Shown here: positions 40,822 to 56,639 of the stretch, in pieces | Position numbering within the stretch: position 1 is the first letter of the stretch | Layout: each line of letters opens with the position of its first letter | NCBI GenBank assembly: GCA_964016885.1 | Contig: OZ024742.1 | Location: forward strand, 302,684,001-302,748,000 | Reading direction: 5' to 3' | Source: Eledone cirrhosa | Taxonomy: Eukaryota | DNA: 64,000 nt | Position numbers and translations under genes: made by a program | The notes under the pieces: model-generated | Told to the model about the DNA's origin: nothing | What the model saw: the letters and a program-made list of their open reading frames with translations, nothing else | Database searches by the model: none

Positions 40822-41984
40822 TTTTTGAAATCCATAATAATAATAATTGAAGTATATGACAGAAAGAATACAAGGGAAAAGAACGAACAACAACAACTAC
40901 AACAACAACAACAACACTCCTTTGAAACAACGGAAACAATATAGAGAAAAGTACAAATAACAACAACAAACCTATTAACAAAAGGAATGTGAAATTGATG
41001 TGGAAACATTCAGTTCCGATTAAGAAAAAATATCAAAAGACAAAAACAAGAAAAATTCGAGTGGAAAGGAAAAATCGTGCTGAAATATAACTAAAGAGCA
41101 AAGAAGTAAGAACAATGTCATGATAACTGAATTTGACAGTAATAACTGATGTATTCAAATAGTTACATAGATGACAATATTTCATTTGGAAGGAGTCTAT
41201 AGCCAACATGTCCTGACATAATTACCGTTTTATTATTTTTAGAAGTTAAGACCTGTGATCTTAGCTATAAAATATACAGAATGCATGTCTGTATTTAAGA
41301 CGTTTGCTTAGAAACTACGTGAGTTTGGATTCAATCCAAGTGTGTTGCATCACAGACAAGCGGCAGATTGGGAGTATTTTCGATTCGACCAAAGCAGTGT
41401 AAGTGAAATTTGGTATAAGGGAAAATATAGCGACGGAAGTACGTAGGAAGAGGATGTTCTTGGTTGGGGGCAGGTTTATTCTGTCATTCGGTTTAACATC
41501 AGCAACTGGCTTGAGGGATAACTTTAGAAGATTTCTTTCTTTCTATGGCAGAGGGAATGAAGGAGAATTTGAGCGAAAGTTAGCTAACGTGAAATTAAAT
41601 AGAGCGATGAAAGTCGTGGGTGTATTTGGCGGCGGTGGTGACGCTGTTGATATCTCACCGTTACCATAACTGCCAATATTTTTTTCCAAACTGAAGAAAG
41701 GTTTTAGATATAAGTTTGAAAGCAGAGGCAACGGTGAAGAGTTCCAGCTAGATCCTTGTGAACAAAATTTCCAAACTGTTTAAATACACATGTCCCTAAT
41801 ATCCAAATGGCTAAATGTTAACAGAAGGGCACCTAGGAGTCATGGCCTGGATGCGCCCAAGCCTTCTTAGCGTGTAAGACGTTAAAGGCCGAAACACATG
41901 CTTGGGTTGGGTTTCTTCTCTGAAGGCCTTCTCTTTCCAGCTCCCCTGAAATTTTTTTACCACTACTTTCTTCATATCTTTCCC

Positions 41985-42016
<32 letters not shown>

Positions 42017-43404
42017 ACCACATCTTCGTATATAACCCCGTGTGTATATGTGTGTGTATCAGCCTCTCATTTAATACTGGATGCAGGAGTAGAGGAAGGT
42101 ATCATCCTCGCTAAACCCAGACCTAATAGCGGTAGTGATAAATCGGGCGACGGAGTACATCTACCTCCCAAAAAGGCCAAATCAGTATTCGAACACAGAA
42201 CACAAAATGCTGGAAGAAAATGATACAAAGCATCTTGTCTGACGTTCTTATAAGTCAGCTAACTGATTATCTTCAATGTTACAGTATTTGCTTGACTAGT
42301 TGAAAATGGAATGGTAAAGCTGAACTCCAGTGATCTCTGGTGACGTCTTGTGACATATAGTGGTTTCTGGGACATTTTGTCCTACACTCAAACGACTCGA
42401 AACGTATGTATGTAAGTACGTATGTATGGATGGATGGATTGGATGCATGCACGGAGAGATGGAAACATTCGGTTGGGTGCCTGAGCGCATAATTACCCTA
42501 CCGGGTGTGAGAGACCGTTAGTCATTGTTAGGACATCATTCTAGAAGAAGGAAAACTCTGATGTAAAATCTGAGACTTCATAGCAGTCAACGATGTTGAC
42601 CAGTTCTTCTTTTACTTACCTGTCACCAGTGCAAGGCCTTTCTTCACTTAAAAAAGTTTCAATCACAGGCATCACGTCATCTAAACGTGCTACACGTATT
42701 TCGCAGAAGCATGGGTTGTTTCCCGATTTTTGTCTTTCGCTCAAGCTTATGTAGAAACGAATGTAAGCCCTTATGTGGGCCAAAACAATAATAAAAAAGG
42801 GTGTGCGCTACCCATGTGTGAGAAGAGGATCAAGTGATGGCAATTCCCGAAAGGGAGAAGCAACCATTATGTATGTATGTATGAATGTTTTTTTTTGTGC
42901 AATGGCCATACTCGATAACCATATTCATGTATGTATGTATGTAATCATGTATATATGCATGCGCGTTTGTGTGTTTGTGTATGTATAAATGTATGTATAT
43001 ATATGCATATATTTATAAACGTATGCATACTATATACTGTATATGTGTGTGTCTGCATGAATTTACATCTTCATAAACGTGCATTGAAAAAAATAAAAAA
43101 ATAAATAACTTTGCTCTCATAAGTTACACATACCATATATAATAAAATATAAATCTTGCATATTATTAATTAAAATTTTACAAAAGTATTGAAATATAGT
43201 TTTGTAATACTCTACACATGATGGCATTTTATTTTACACATGTTTTTCCAAATACTTTGTTTATTGCATGCTGTGTTGTGCATGCTTCAAATTTCGCACG
43301 ATTCTAGTTCGTTATTAAATAAGTTGTCTTTTTTAAGATTATTTCATCTATACGCATGACTTAATATGGAAAGATTAATATTACTTATTGTACTCACACA
43401 CCGT

Positions 43405-43570
43405 GGACGCAGCACGTCGAAAGGTTAAGTAGTTCGCTTCACAGTCATTAGGCACCAGGTTCGATTCAACTGCGCGTCATCTTAGGCAAGAATCATTTAT
43501 CATAGCCCCGATTTGATCTCTGCCTTATTAGTGAAATCGGGTAATTGGAATCTACTTGGAAACCCATCTG
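43405..43570 (+). mobile_element. Old tRNA-derived SINE
   Basis: GGTTAAG..GGTTCGATTC B-box then CTTAGGCAAG; similar relic near 41295-41420. Confidence 0.45.
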
Positions 43571-45674
43571 TTGGACTGTACATGTAATTCAAAGAGCCAG
43601 CGATTTCGCACTGTAATACTCTGAGTATTACATTTCGTATCTATGGAATGCACAGCCACTTACAGATTAATTTCATGAACAGACTGTTCCGTTGATCGAA
43701 CAACTGGAACACTCGTCGAAACCGATGGAGATCCAACGATCGCTTCGATTCACATGCCCATGTAATAAGCAACAAGATCACATCTACCTGTTCACTAGGT
43801 CTGCAAGGAATGACTGTAAAATATGTTTATAATTTATTTATAAATCCTAACAGGCAATATATGGCAGCCATGCTAGTTATGGAGACGCTAGATAGTTATA
43901 AAAACGATAGGATAGTCTTGGTTATAATGTCTATGTATATAATTCTGGTCTTTCGAAATTAATCGAGGAGTAAGCAGCAACAACAAAAACATCAACAATA
44001 ATACCTGCGGCACGAACACTTATATTTAAAGCTACCTACTTCCAATAGTTTGCAATAGCTAACACACCCAATCACTTTTACTCCAGTTCAAAAGTTTTCA
44101 GTCGTGTAAATGTCTTTGTAGGCTTTTTATTCCCCTATAGGCATGTTCCTGAAATTATTCATAATATTTATAAAAATGTTATGTCTACAGCATGAACCTG
44201 TATACGTAATTCTTCTGTCGAATTCGTAGATTTGTGGCGAACATATTTGATACAATTATATCAAATATAATTGTGAGTATGAGTGTGTATGTGTATGAAT
44301 GGGCGTGTGGGGCTGTAAATGTATATATTTGTATGCGTGTGGATAGGTTTAACACCCATTATCAAAATGCGACAACTCTCTATCAATATATAATAAACAT
44401 GTTACTTAAATCTGACATATCTCAGAATAATGTTAATACAAAACAAAGTTTAATGACTTCGCCCATATATACTCCCTCTTCAGATCTCTTTTGGCATACT
44501 CATTATTTGTCTCATATTCTTTATAATATATATATTAGTCGCTCTTATTGTGACATTGGATTACGGTGCCAAGATTCTTATATGTAAATTACGCCACTAT
44601 TTGTAGATTATAATGCCAAGAGAGCTGACCTCATGTATGCAAAATATGTCACCAGTTGATCACATGAATAAAACATGTGGTGAGGCAATGGACTAACTGA
44701 TTTGTCTTCTCAAATTCAAAAGTGTTTATATGAGCTGTATAAATGGCAACATTTTGGAATTACGAATGAAGGTCAATTCTTAACCCTGTTCTGTATGTGT
44801 CTAAGTTCTCCAAATATTACTCTTTTATTGTTTGGAAAAGGGTAGTCCAGACTCGCTAACCTCTAAAAGACCAAACGGGGAGTATCATGAAAAAGAGTGT
44901 ACCGAAACGGGGAGAAATAAGACAAAATGGGGAGATTTTACATAATGAAAACTATATCTATTGTCACAAGAGAAGACATCTCTCCCCCACCCCAAAGTGG
45001 GTGGGAGAGTTGACAGTCTTCGGTATATTACTAATTAGCATTAACTGAAGATGTCAAACATTTGTGTCATACCATAAAACTGTTCTTAAACAACTCATTT
45101 TGGATTCAGTCGATGATTTAAAAAAAATTCTTGTTTTATTACTCGCACATAATTTACAAATAGATATAGCATGTTAGAATAGTTAAGAAATTCACTTCGA
45201 AATCAAAAGGTTTCAAGGCGTCACAACCTGGGCAAACATCATTCCCAAAACTTCGGGGTGATCCAAAGTCTTGTGAGTGAATTTGAAAAGGCAGGAATGG
45301 TCTGGAAGTCTAGCGGATGGATTGCACTTATAAATCAAAGGGCTTGCTATGTCACACACTGCGTCATGCAGAATCTCCCTGAGAATGATATTAAGTTTAT
45401 ACGTGTCTATGGAATATCCAACGACTTGCCGGTTAATCTCACCAGTGTGCTGTTCGATTGATTGAATATCTGGAACATGCATCGTCGAAACTGACGTAGT
45501 ACCATTTCATTCCAAACTGACAACCAAAACTATTGGTGTGTTTCTGAACTAGAATTACAAGTTTCTGTAAATAATATCTGTTATATGTGAATATGTCATA
45601 CTTCTGCGAGTTATTTCAATTGCGATTTATTCTTTATAATTATAATGTTAAATGATCTAAATCTACTTTATTTA

Positions 45675-45980
45675 TCTATATAATACTAAAAGTCTGTGAT
45701 TGCTTGCTTGCTTGTCTGTAATGTAATACAGCTAAAAGGTCGAATAATGGGAAAATAATTTGAAAGGAAGTTGCTCCTGAAATAGGAATACAAATGGAAT
45801 AAAACGAGTTTCGCGTAAATCAGACCACGGGTTCCCAAGATAAGGGGTTTTCCGGGTACCTTCATAAACAAAGAGTGAAAAAGATAGAGAGGAAGAGAGA
45901 GTGGTTTTGACAGAGCAGATTGAAAGAGATATAGAGAGACGGAGAGGAGACAGAGAAGAAGAATGGAAGAGAGCTGTTGT

Positions 45981-46032
<52 letters not shown>

Positions 46033-46120
46033 ATATATATGAGTGTGTGTATATATATATATATGTGTGTGTCTATGACCAGAGCATATAGATCACTAGC
46101 ACCCACATATATATACACAT

Positions 46121-46184
<64 letters not shown>

Positions 46185-46354
46185 ACACACATTTATATAT
46201 ATATACATACACACACATGTATATATATGGGCCTTCCAGTTTCATTTCACATTATATACATGTCAGTGTATATTTTAATTATTTAAACAATTTTTTAAGT
46301 GAACATGATTTAAAAAAATATTTTGAAGTGAACGTGACCCAACGGGTGGTCTAG
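45675..46354 (+). mobile_element. Probable non-autonomous Helitron, second family
   Basis: A|TCTATATAATACTAAAAG start, short tetranucleotide repeat near the 5' end, ACCC-AAC-GGGT hairpin then CTAG|T. Confidence 0.6.
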
Positions 46355-46447
46355 TTTAAAATAAAATTATGACTATTCTTTTACTTTTAAAATAATTTCG
46401 GTTGCTTAATAGAGAATATATTAAATCATTTGTGAATATATTTGTGA

Positions 46448-46551
46448 AGGCGCGTGACTGAGTGGTTAGAGTATTGGATTCGCAGTCGTGAGGTTGTGAG
46501 TTCGATTCACAGACCGGGTGATGCGTTATGTCTTTTATTTCACGTTGCTCC
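46448..46551 (+). mobile_element. tRNA-derived SINE head
   Basis: GGCGCGTGACTGAGTGGTTAG A-box and GAGTTCGATTC B-box. Confidence 0.65.
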
Positions 46552-46845
46552 TTCTGCCTGGATTTGCGAACGATAGATAGTATTTTCAGTTGGAAAGACC
46601 AAGAGAATCATTGTTTCCTTGGTTCGATTTGACGAGCTCCACCACACTTGTTAAGCGAATGAGGTCTGGGATCTTGCTAATCAACTGTCGATATCAAATC
46701 ATATTTCGTATCTTGAATTTAACTGTATAGTTCACTATACACAATTTATTTGAAACAATTCTTTTCCATAGAAACTCCGACCTCATGACGTTATTGTCGC
46801 AGGTTTAAATGCAAACGTTAACTACATCTCAGTTTTATCATAATA

Positions 46846-47846
46846 CTAGCAGTAAAGCCCGGCGTTGCTCGGGGTCGCTCAGTAGCTGTGTTAAAGTTAC
46901 AATGTTAAGTTTCTTTCTTGGCTTAAAAACTGTAGTGTCTACTGTGCAGACTTGCATGTGGTGTTTTTGATTAATATTCCCTCAACCAACAATATGCCTT
47001 ATGAAGTTAAGAAAACATAACGATAACCCGAATGTTATAACAAAAGAGGATGCTGGGGATAGAAACTGCACTGGTTATTTATTAACAAAGATCGAAAATG
47101 TAAACACTGCAACGCAGAGAAAAACATTAGCGTAACCAAATTATCAGTTATGTCTGTCTGCACGCCTATATCACCTCTCTGCACGACTGTCTGTCTGCAC
47201 GCCTATATCACCTCTCTGCACGACTATCTGTCTGCACGCCTATATCACCTCTCTGCACGACTGTCTGTCTGCACGCCTATATCACCTCTCTGCACGACTA
47301 TCTGTCTGCACGCGTATATCACCTCTCTGCACGACTGTCTGTCTGCACGACTGTCTGTCTGCACGACTGTCTGTCTGCACGCCTAACGACGAAATATTTG
47401 CTTGTTTTACGTAGTCTTTAAATAGACTTGTTTTCAAGTAAAAATATTGTTTTAAAATGCTTTTAAATGGAAATGAAGCAAAACGGAAGCTTAGTGTTCG
47501 AACTGATGAATTTTGCAGGTCAATATTTTGCTGGCTCGACAACTGTTCGTGTATTGTGTTAATGTCATTTTAAACGCTGAGAAAGCCAGCGTAATTTTTT
47601 ACGTAAGACGCTCAATGTAAACAGAACAAAGGGAAATAACTGATAACTTACGCTCAAAAATCGATACATTATATTCGATTTCGTCACATAGGGTGGGTCA
47701 ATTTGAAATATTTTTTTTCCGATGTCTTCGCTAGGGCTCAATGTACAAGTATAGCAATTTCGGTGCAATTCCGTCAGAGATTCTAAGAGGAGATGTGTGC
47801 CAAAAATCGGTAGACAGACAGACAACCACAGTTTTATATATATAGA
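46846..47846 (-). mobile_element. Non-autonomous Helitron, copy 2
   Basis: Nearly identical to 12178-13055, same termini, more minisatellite units and an extra segment of about 35 bp. Confidence 0.87.
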
Positions 47847-48622
47847 TTATCTAACAGTAAGAAGCTTTATCATAATATTAGCTATCAGAAAGAAGAGTGT
47901 AGATTTCGTATTATGAACTACAAGTTTATTGTTAGTTATGAGCCAATGCAGCTGTTTCGTCTACTCGCTCTATACGTATATTCTTACCTTCTCAACAGCC
48001 AGAATCGGTGACGTAATAACAAGTTCTGTTAGTTATACTGTGGAGCTACACGTTCATCTACTTAGTATTACCATACTTATCTATATTACTTTCCTAGTAA
48101 TTTAAGAATCATATTTTAAAAGTCAGTGTATTTGAGTGCGCTGCATCTCATCATTTTCCCATTTTCTAATTATGATTATTGTATTGTTCTTTTTTTATTT
48201 TGTAAATGGCGACAGTAAGAATACGAACAAGAAACGTTTATCTCAACAACATAAGATATTCCAATACTTATCTGTAATAGATGTCCATTAATATCAAGTT
48301 GTCATTAATGCCCCTTCCTCCAGACCAGTTCAATAAACATGGAGTAGTTACGCTACAATCACATGTTCATTTAAGGAAGGTGTTGCGTGGTTAATCTTCG
48401 CATATTCTCTGAAACCGACGAAGTCTTTAAGGTATTAATTCTTTAAGAATGTTTCTTCGTATATATTCTGTCTCTCAGAGTTCAAATCCCGCCGATTTCA
48501 ACTTTGGAATTTAGATTTTGGGGTCAATGAGTAAAGTAGCAGTTAAGGTAGATGAGCGGTTTTATGGCATCAATTTTATGGCATCTAAGTGTTCTTATTT
48601 CAAGTCCCCTTTCTATCACATA

Positions 48623-48780
48623 GAGGCGCGTGGCTTAGTAATAATGGTGTTGGACTTACGATCATAATGTCTTATGTTCAATTCCTGGGCTGGTTTGTGT
48701 GTTGTGTTCTTGAGCAAAACAATTCATTTCACACTTCTCCAGAATAATCAGCTAAAAATGAGTACCAGCAATAGCTGTGG
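48623..48780 (+). mobile_element. Second-family tRNA-derived SINE
   Basis: GGCGCGTGGCTTAG..GTTCAATTCC..GTTCTTGAGCAAAAC. Confidence 0.65.
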
Positions 48781-48868
48781 GTTTAACTCTTGATTTGAGA
48801 CATACTTTAGACTAGACTTAGACTCCTATCACAGAAAACGTGTGACCGACAGTAACATTAGTAATAGT

Positions 48869-49085
48869 GGGTTCTTATATAGCACAAGGCCAGCAATTTT
48901 GGGGGGAGGGCAAAGTCGATTAAATTGACCCCAATGCGTAACTGGTACTTTATTTTATCGACCCCGTAAGGATGAAAGGCAAAGTTAACCTCGGCGGGAT
49001 TTGAACTCAGATCATAAAGGGCCGTAACTCTATGCGGAAAAGTATGGCGTCCGACCCTCTATCGATACTGCCAAACCACCGCCCT
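48869..49085 (-). mobile_element. Full-length Nin-type SINE with 18-bp TSD
   Basis: AGTAACATTAGTAATAGT at 48851-48868 and 49086-49103. Confidence 0.93.
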
Positions 49086-49467
49086 AGTAACATTAGTAAT
49101 AGTAAAACCAATCAAACATCGTCCCCTTAAACCGATCTGGAAACTATTCTTCTCTCCTTTCCTTATTATAGAATAGTTGCAAATTGACCGCTGCAGGAAA
49201 GACTAATGCAAGGAGGGAATTCCAGTATATTATTTCTATATCTAAAATTTCAAATCAATGTATTTTCTGGAGTAGAGTTATTTTGACAATTTATTGACTG
49301 TGAATACATGCATTATACATTTTTACTTGTTTCTTCAGTTGTTATATTTAATATATTTAATAGCTTCTAATTATGAGGGAGTAAATTTGGAGTCTGATTA
49401 CTGAGTCTCTTTAATGCTGTATATAAAGACATTAAAAGCTTAAATGACTCACGTATTTATTGAATTG

Positions 49468-49638
49468 TCGGTGGATTGGCAATATCGGTAAAGTATTAGA
49501 AAGCATGCTTTGCAGCATAGAGTTATGGCCCTTTACGTTCTTAGTTTAAATCCCGCTGAGATTAGCTTTGCCATTCACCCTTACGGGGTCGATAAAATAA
49601 AGCACCAGTAAAGCCTTGTGCCAATAATAGAAATTATT
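49468..49638 (+). mobile_element. Degenerate Nin-type SINE
   Basis: GGTGGATTGGCAATATCGG...CCTTACGGGGTCGATAAAATAAAG. Confidence 0.75.
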
Positions 49639-50650
49639 ATAGCTCTAACAAAATTAATACCGTCATATGATCTTTGAGTGACATTACTATTCTAATAATT
49701 CAAACTCATTCCCCTCTCGGCTCATATTTATCTTGTAGGCATTGACCTGAAAATATTCTGGTAGAATTTCTGACACTACATATTCACCAGTTTACATCGC
49801 CCAACAAAGGCAACCCCTCCCCCCACTGACTAACTTATAAAAACAACAAACAAAAGAAGGAAATTAGACTGAATATCTCTTTTGAGATACATATAAGCAG
49901 TGAATATGTATTGCATGGTTCAGAAAGAAAAGACAAAAGTAAAAGGCTCAACTGTAAATATCAAATTAATTATTGTGAAGAGTTATGAAGAATATTTCTT
50001 CATTTTATAGAAACCTAATTATGGTTTTGGAAACCAAAGAAAGTGAAAATATGATGCAAAAATAAATTTAAAACCCCCCTAAACATTAGCTAACTCAACA
50101 ACTGAAAATTGAAAGTTAGGCTCAATTCATAAAAATATCAATAAAACAAAACAACACAACAAATCAAAATGAAAAGAAATACTTCAAAATTCACATGAAA
50201 TATTTGTTCTCCGAGGGAAAAGTAAATAATTATAGAATCTTCATTTTGTCTTTTTATAGCGTCTGTTTGAAATTAATTAATATAGAACTTTTAAAGATAT
50301 GGTTTGAAAAACAAATAACTCTCCTCCCACCAACACCACTGCCACCAGAATCGTCATCATTAATACTGTCATCACTACCACTCTGAACACTAGTAACAGC
50401 AGCAGCAACATAAAATAACAATAACAATTAGAAACAATATATTTACTTACAGCTCGTGCCCAAATCTCAATAGAGCAGGAATCTCCTTTGTAAAATTCAA
50501 TTTTCTTCTCTCCAGCATTATCATTTCTACACTGAAGATATGATTGAAAAATACCTCTGAATCGAAGAAACGAAACCAAAGAAAAAGACAAAAACATCAG
50601 CAAGATGACATGACTTATTTAAAGTTAAAGTTTTATAAACACATTTAGAA

Positions 50651-50736
50651 AATTACACATACATCCACATATAATTACACATACATCCACATATAATTAC
50701 ACATACATACACATATAATTACACATACATACACAT
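50651..50736. repeat. 22-bp minisatellite, about 4 copies
   Basis: AATTACACATACAT(C/A)CACATAT. Confidence 0.85.
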
Positions 50737-50863
50737 ACGCATATACACTTGCGTGTGAGATCGTACATTTATGAATATACGCAAATGTATGAACATACAT
50801 TTTTGTATATATATATATATATATACGTGTGTGTATGTATGTGTGTGTGTATGTGTATGTATA

Positions 50864-50898
<35 letters not shown>

Positions 50899-50964
50899 GT
50901 ATATTCATACACACACACACGCACACACACACATATATATATACACGTATTTTCATATACATAC

Positions 50965-51003
<39 letters not shown>

Positions 51004-51043
51004 CGTATATGAAAATACGTGTATATATATATGCATAGATATT

Positions 51044-51140
<97 letters not shown>

Positions 51141-51827
51141 TATAATATATATATATACGTATTTTGATATATATACATACAAATATATATAGATACTTAT
51201 GTATATACTTACGTACTCATGTGTCTTCGATCATATTTTCAAAAATAGAGAATGAGTTAATGTTAGTGAGAAGAACATCAACACTACCCCCCACTCTTCC
51301 ACACACACACACACACACACACAAAAAAAATTACAATGAAATAAATCATAAAAAGAATAGTAATATACAGAGGGAAATCTTTAAAAATCTATGAGAATTT
51401 CACCAGTCACAAAAAATCAAAGTAAACAAATCTAGACGTGGAATAGAAGGGAAAAAATGACAGAAATCTAATAAGGAAACTTGACAAAATGTGAAGACAA
51501 ACACAAAGAAGAAAATAAGGAAAATTTCCAGTAAAGTCACGACTATATATTTTATTCCGGAAAACATTACACAAAGGAAGCTCAGCGAGTTCTCAGCTGA
51601 AATAAAGAGGGTCATGCTGTTTTCTAATCAGTTTCTGCTTTGTTGTATTTGTATTTATACGTTCATACGTAATTATATATATGTATACATACATATGAAT
51701 TCATACATACAGCCACACACACACACACATATATATATATATGTATTCATACATACACACATGTATATATATATATATAAGTTTGTGTACACATATAAAT
51801 ATATAACTTGACACACACACTCACATG

Positions 51828-51864
<37 letters not shown>

Positions 51865-51944
51865 GTATTCATACATACACACATGTATATATATATATAT
51901 ATATATATATAGATATACCTTGACACAAACACTCACATGCACTC

Positions 51945-52045
<101 letters not shown>

Positions 52046-52167
52046 ACGTACACACATATATATATTCATTTACACACATGTATATAAATCTAAATCTATG
52101 TATATACCTATGTATATACATTTACGCACACAACTCACATGAACACACACACACACACACATATATA

Positions 52168-52237
<70 letters not shown>

Positions 52238-52597
52238 TAGATGTATCAAAATACATATATGTGCCTGGTTGAATGTAGACATTTATGAATACGTAAGCGC
52301 AGACACAAATACAGTCTTCATGCATGTATTTATGTATAAACTTAGTGAAGCTCTCACAAATACGCATGGACATATAAAGATATGTACAGCAAATATTATT
52401 AAAACCTTATATCTAAGACAAAATATATGTAGGAGTTTGAGGAAATAAGTCTTAAGAATGAATGAATGAGTCGTGTATATATATATACTTATCTCCTTCT
52501 CCCTCTCTTTCTCTACACTAGCATTTTTATGTATATATATATATATACTATATATATTATATATATATTATGCGTATATATATATATATATATTTTA

Positions 52598-52680
<83 letters not shown>

Positions 52681-52944
52681 TATATGTGTGTATACATAAA
52701 AATATATAGCTGTTCATGTATGTATGTATAGTATGTATTATACATGCATGTATCCATGCATGTATGTATGTATTTCAAATGTATGAATGCATGTATTTCA
52801 AGTATACACCAAGTATGCAAGCCTATAACTTATGTTGTACGCTTGAATGTGAATGTGCATATTTATACGTATATACATGTATACACTGATCTATTTATAC
52901 ATCCGTACACACACACACACACACACACATATATCTATCTATGC

Positions 52945-53018
<74 letters not shown>

Positions 53019-53031
53019 ATATGTATATATA

Positions 53032-53067
<36 letters not shown>

Positions 53068-53133
53068 AATATACATGGAACACAAATTACTTCATACAAA
53101 ATAAATTATATATTTATATATATATATATATAT

Positions 53134-53194
53134 GCCTAATGCCAGAATTAGCCGTCGAAACGGCTTGAGCTCTGCCGTGAGGGTCTTGAACATT
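53134..53194 (+). mobile_element. Fragment of the 5462/7848 family, half hammerhead
   Basis: TAGCCGTCGAAACGGCTTGAGCTCTGCCGT between (TA)n and (CT)n. Confidence 0.7.
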
Positions 53195-53203
53195 TCTCTC
53201 TCC

Positions 53204-53336
<133 letters not shown>

Positions 53337-53930
53337 TATATACATATACAAGGCATGTATATATATATATATATATACACATGCATTATATATATATATA
53401 TGTATATACAAATACGTATATATAATTCATGTATAGACATATACCTATATATTTGTGTAGGTTTCTGTACGTATGCATTTATGATTATAAATGTGTGTAG
53501 TGAAGTGTGAGCTTACATACCATTTACGAATATGCGCATGAAGAATCAGATATTACCATTCACACCAAAAAAACAACTTTGTTTGCACAGATAGGTACTT
53601 GTTCATATTTTTCGGTGGGTTCCAAAATGGGAATTTTCTTGGTTTTTAAGTGATTTTTTTCAAATGTGTCCGATTATATATATATACATGAATATGTATA
53701 TATACATGAATATATATATACATGAATATACACGCACACACATATATATTCTATTACCTGCCCCAACCTTCCGCCTGAGGCCATGATGGGGCACTGCATA
53801 CACATATACACTCGCAAATACATACATATATATATATGTGTGTGAGTGTATGTTTATATATATATGCATACATATGTATGCATATATATACACGTACACA
53901 CTGACGTATATATACATATAAATACACACG

Positions 53931-54275
<345 letters not shown>

Positions 54276-56638
54276 TGAAGTACGGGAGGCAATGACTGGC
54301 TGCACAAGGGGTAAATCGCCTGGTTTGGATGGTCTGCTCTATGAACTTTACGTACAGATGCCAGACTTGTTCGGAGGCCTCTTGGCGGACGTCTACTGCA
54401 ACTGGCAACAGAACGGGAGAATTCCCAGCTCTGTGAGCCGAGGAGCTGTGGCGCTGCTGAGAAAGGATCCGAACAAGGGGGATAACATACATAATTTGAG
54501 GCCCATAACTCTGCTAAACACAGAGTTCAATATTTTGGCCAAGGTGCTAGCAAAGAGATTGGTGCTTGTCGTTGGTGGTCTGGTGGGAGAGGCGCAGACA
54601 TGCGCCATTCCCGACAGATCCATCTACGAGAACCTCCACCTCATGCGATACATCGTAGAGAGGGTAGCTAGGGAACCTGGCACGGGTGGGTCCTTGATCA
54701 ATTTAGATCAGTCGAAAGCTTTCAATAGGGTCGACCATCGTTACATAGCGGCAGTCCTGAGGGTGGCTGGATTTGGGCCTGTCTTCAGAGGCCGGATCGC
54801 TGCCATTCACAGCGACATCTGCTCTGTGGTGAGACTAAGCGGTCACCTTTCGGAACCGTTCAACATCATGCGCTCGGTCCGCCAAGGATGTCCCCTCTCG
54901 GCTCTCTTGTACGTATTGACTCTCGAGACATTACTGCACAAACTGGAGACGTTGAGGGGGCTCCCGCGCGAACTAGGATGCGGAAGATCAGTGTCAGCAT
55001 ATGCGGACGATGTCACCGTAGTGGTGTCGAACGCCAAACACATCGAGGCGATCGGCACTACACTAAGAGAATACGAAGCGGTGACAGGAGCAATGATCAA
55101 CCAGGAAAAGTCAGTGGGCCTGCAGCTCGGCACCTGGAGAGGCAGGTCCATGCCGTCCAACAGCGTCGTCGGGCGCTGGAGGGACGGACCGGTTAAATTG
55201 CTAGGGGTCTGGTTCGGTCCGGACCTCCAGATGGACAAAAACTGGGACGAGGTGACGAGCAGGGTGGTTTTTCTCACCCAGAAATGGGTGGAGAGGAAGC
55301 TATCCCTGAAAGATTGAGCGGAGGTGGCTAACGCGTACATCGCGTCCGTCATCTACTACCGCCTGACCGTCGTACCTTGTCCTAAGCCCCGCCTAACTGC
55401 GCTGGAGCGTTTGCTCTTTCGCTTTTTGTGGAAGGGACGCGCTCCGATGGTCAGGCGGTCCATCTGCTGTCAACACCCGCTACGTGGAGGGCTGGGCATG
55501 CCGTGGCTGATGATGCGCAGACACGCGCTCAGGCTACGACATCTCCACCTCTTCCTCGACGGTGATGAGGTGTGGTCGCCGTTTGCTAGACACGTCTTTC
55601 CCCAGCTCGTCTCCTTGACGGAGCTGCAGTCCTGGGTCAAGCGAAGACCGAGAGGAAGCGCTTGGAGACTGGAATGTCTTCAGGCGCTCACAGCCCTCGA
55701 CTAATCGGGCAATGTAATCGGTGGAAACTCCACCTTGGCGTTCTATAGAGGATTAGTGGAGGGGAAGAGCGACGACGTACTTAGAGAACCCCTAGGCGTC
55801 GACGAAAAACAACTAGCCAATTTCTTCGGAAGGACTTTCGGGCCGGGGCCTATGGACAACTTCCAGAAATCCCTGGCCTGGTAGTGCTACCGAGGAGCTT
55901 TGCAAGTTCGGGATAAACTCTACAGGCATGGAGGTGCCGTCAGCCGGTCATGTCCGAGGTGCGCGCAGGGCGACGAAACCGTCCTGCACGCTCTCGTCCA
56001 GTGTCCGAGCATTGCTGACTTGTGGATTTATGTCGAACACCTGCTGTCATGTGTAGGACGGATCCAGCTATCAGCTGAGTCCATCGTGAGGATTGCCCCG
56101 CCCTCTTCCTTTAGTCGGGAAGGGCAGGCAGTTTTTATCTGTCTGGTGGCTATGGCGAAAGAGATAGTATGGTGGACACGTTTGAAAGGGCTGAAGACGA
56201 GCACTTACCTCTTCGGTGATGCCCTGATTAACTTTTTCAAATTTCATTTGAAAAGGAAAATCAGGGTAGAGAGGGAAGTGCTCTCTTCCCAGCATTTTGT
56301 TGAAAGATGGGTGAGAGAAGCAAGTATGGCCCGAGTGAATGGGCCTACTCTGAGTATGTGTCTGTAAATTAAAGATGGAAAACTGGGAGAGGGCACTTGC
56401 CCTGGTGGTCAGGGTCACTGTGGCCTTTTAATGGGCTTTCTCCACAAATGTCCCTCGGAAGTCTCCTCCCTATTGGGGAATTTTTCATTGTTATTTTTTA
56501 TTACATCCTCTGTTTTTTTTACACGCAGAAATGCCCATTTGTACCGTCCTGTATTGTCTTGTACTGTCCTTAATGTCTACTTTATGTAAACCCTTGTGGT
56601 TAATAAAGAAAGCGTTATTATTATTATTATTATTATTA
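54276..56638 (+). mobile_element. Tx1/L1-clade LINE, copy 1, 5'-truncated
   Basis: KSPGLDGL, RPITLLN, LDQSKAFNRVDH, VRQGCPLS, YADD, CPRC..ETVLHALVQC; in-frame stops; (TTA)n tail. Confidence 0.93.
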
Positions 56639-56639
56639 A

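Noticed and set aside
41400-41950. Possible LINE or exon remnant
   Set aside because: No diagnostic motif I can defend.
46448-46520. tRNA gene
   Set aside because: A/B boxes but no cloverleaf; continues into a SINE body.
54843-55352. Antisense ORFs over the Tx1 LINEs
   Set aside because: Shadow frames of GC-rich ORF2 sequence.
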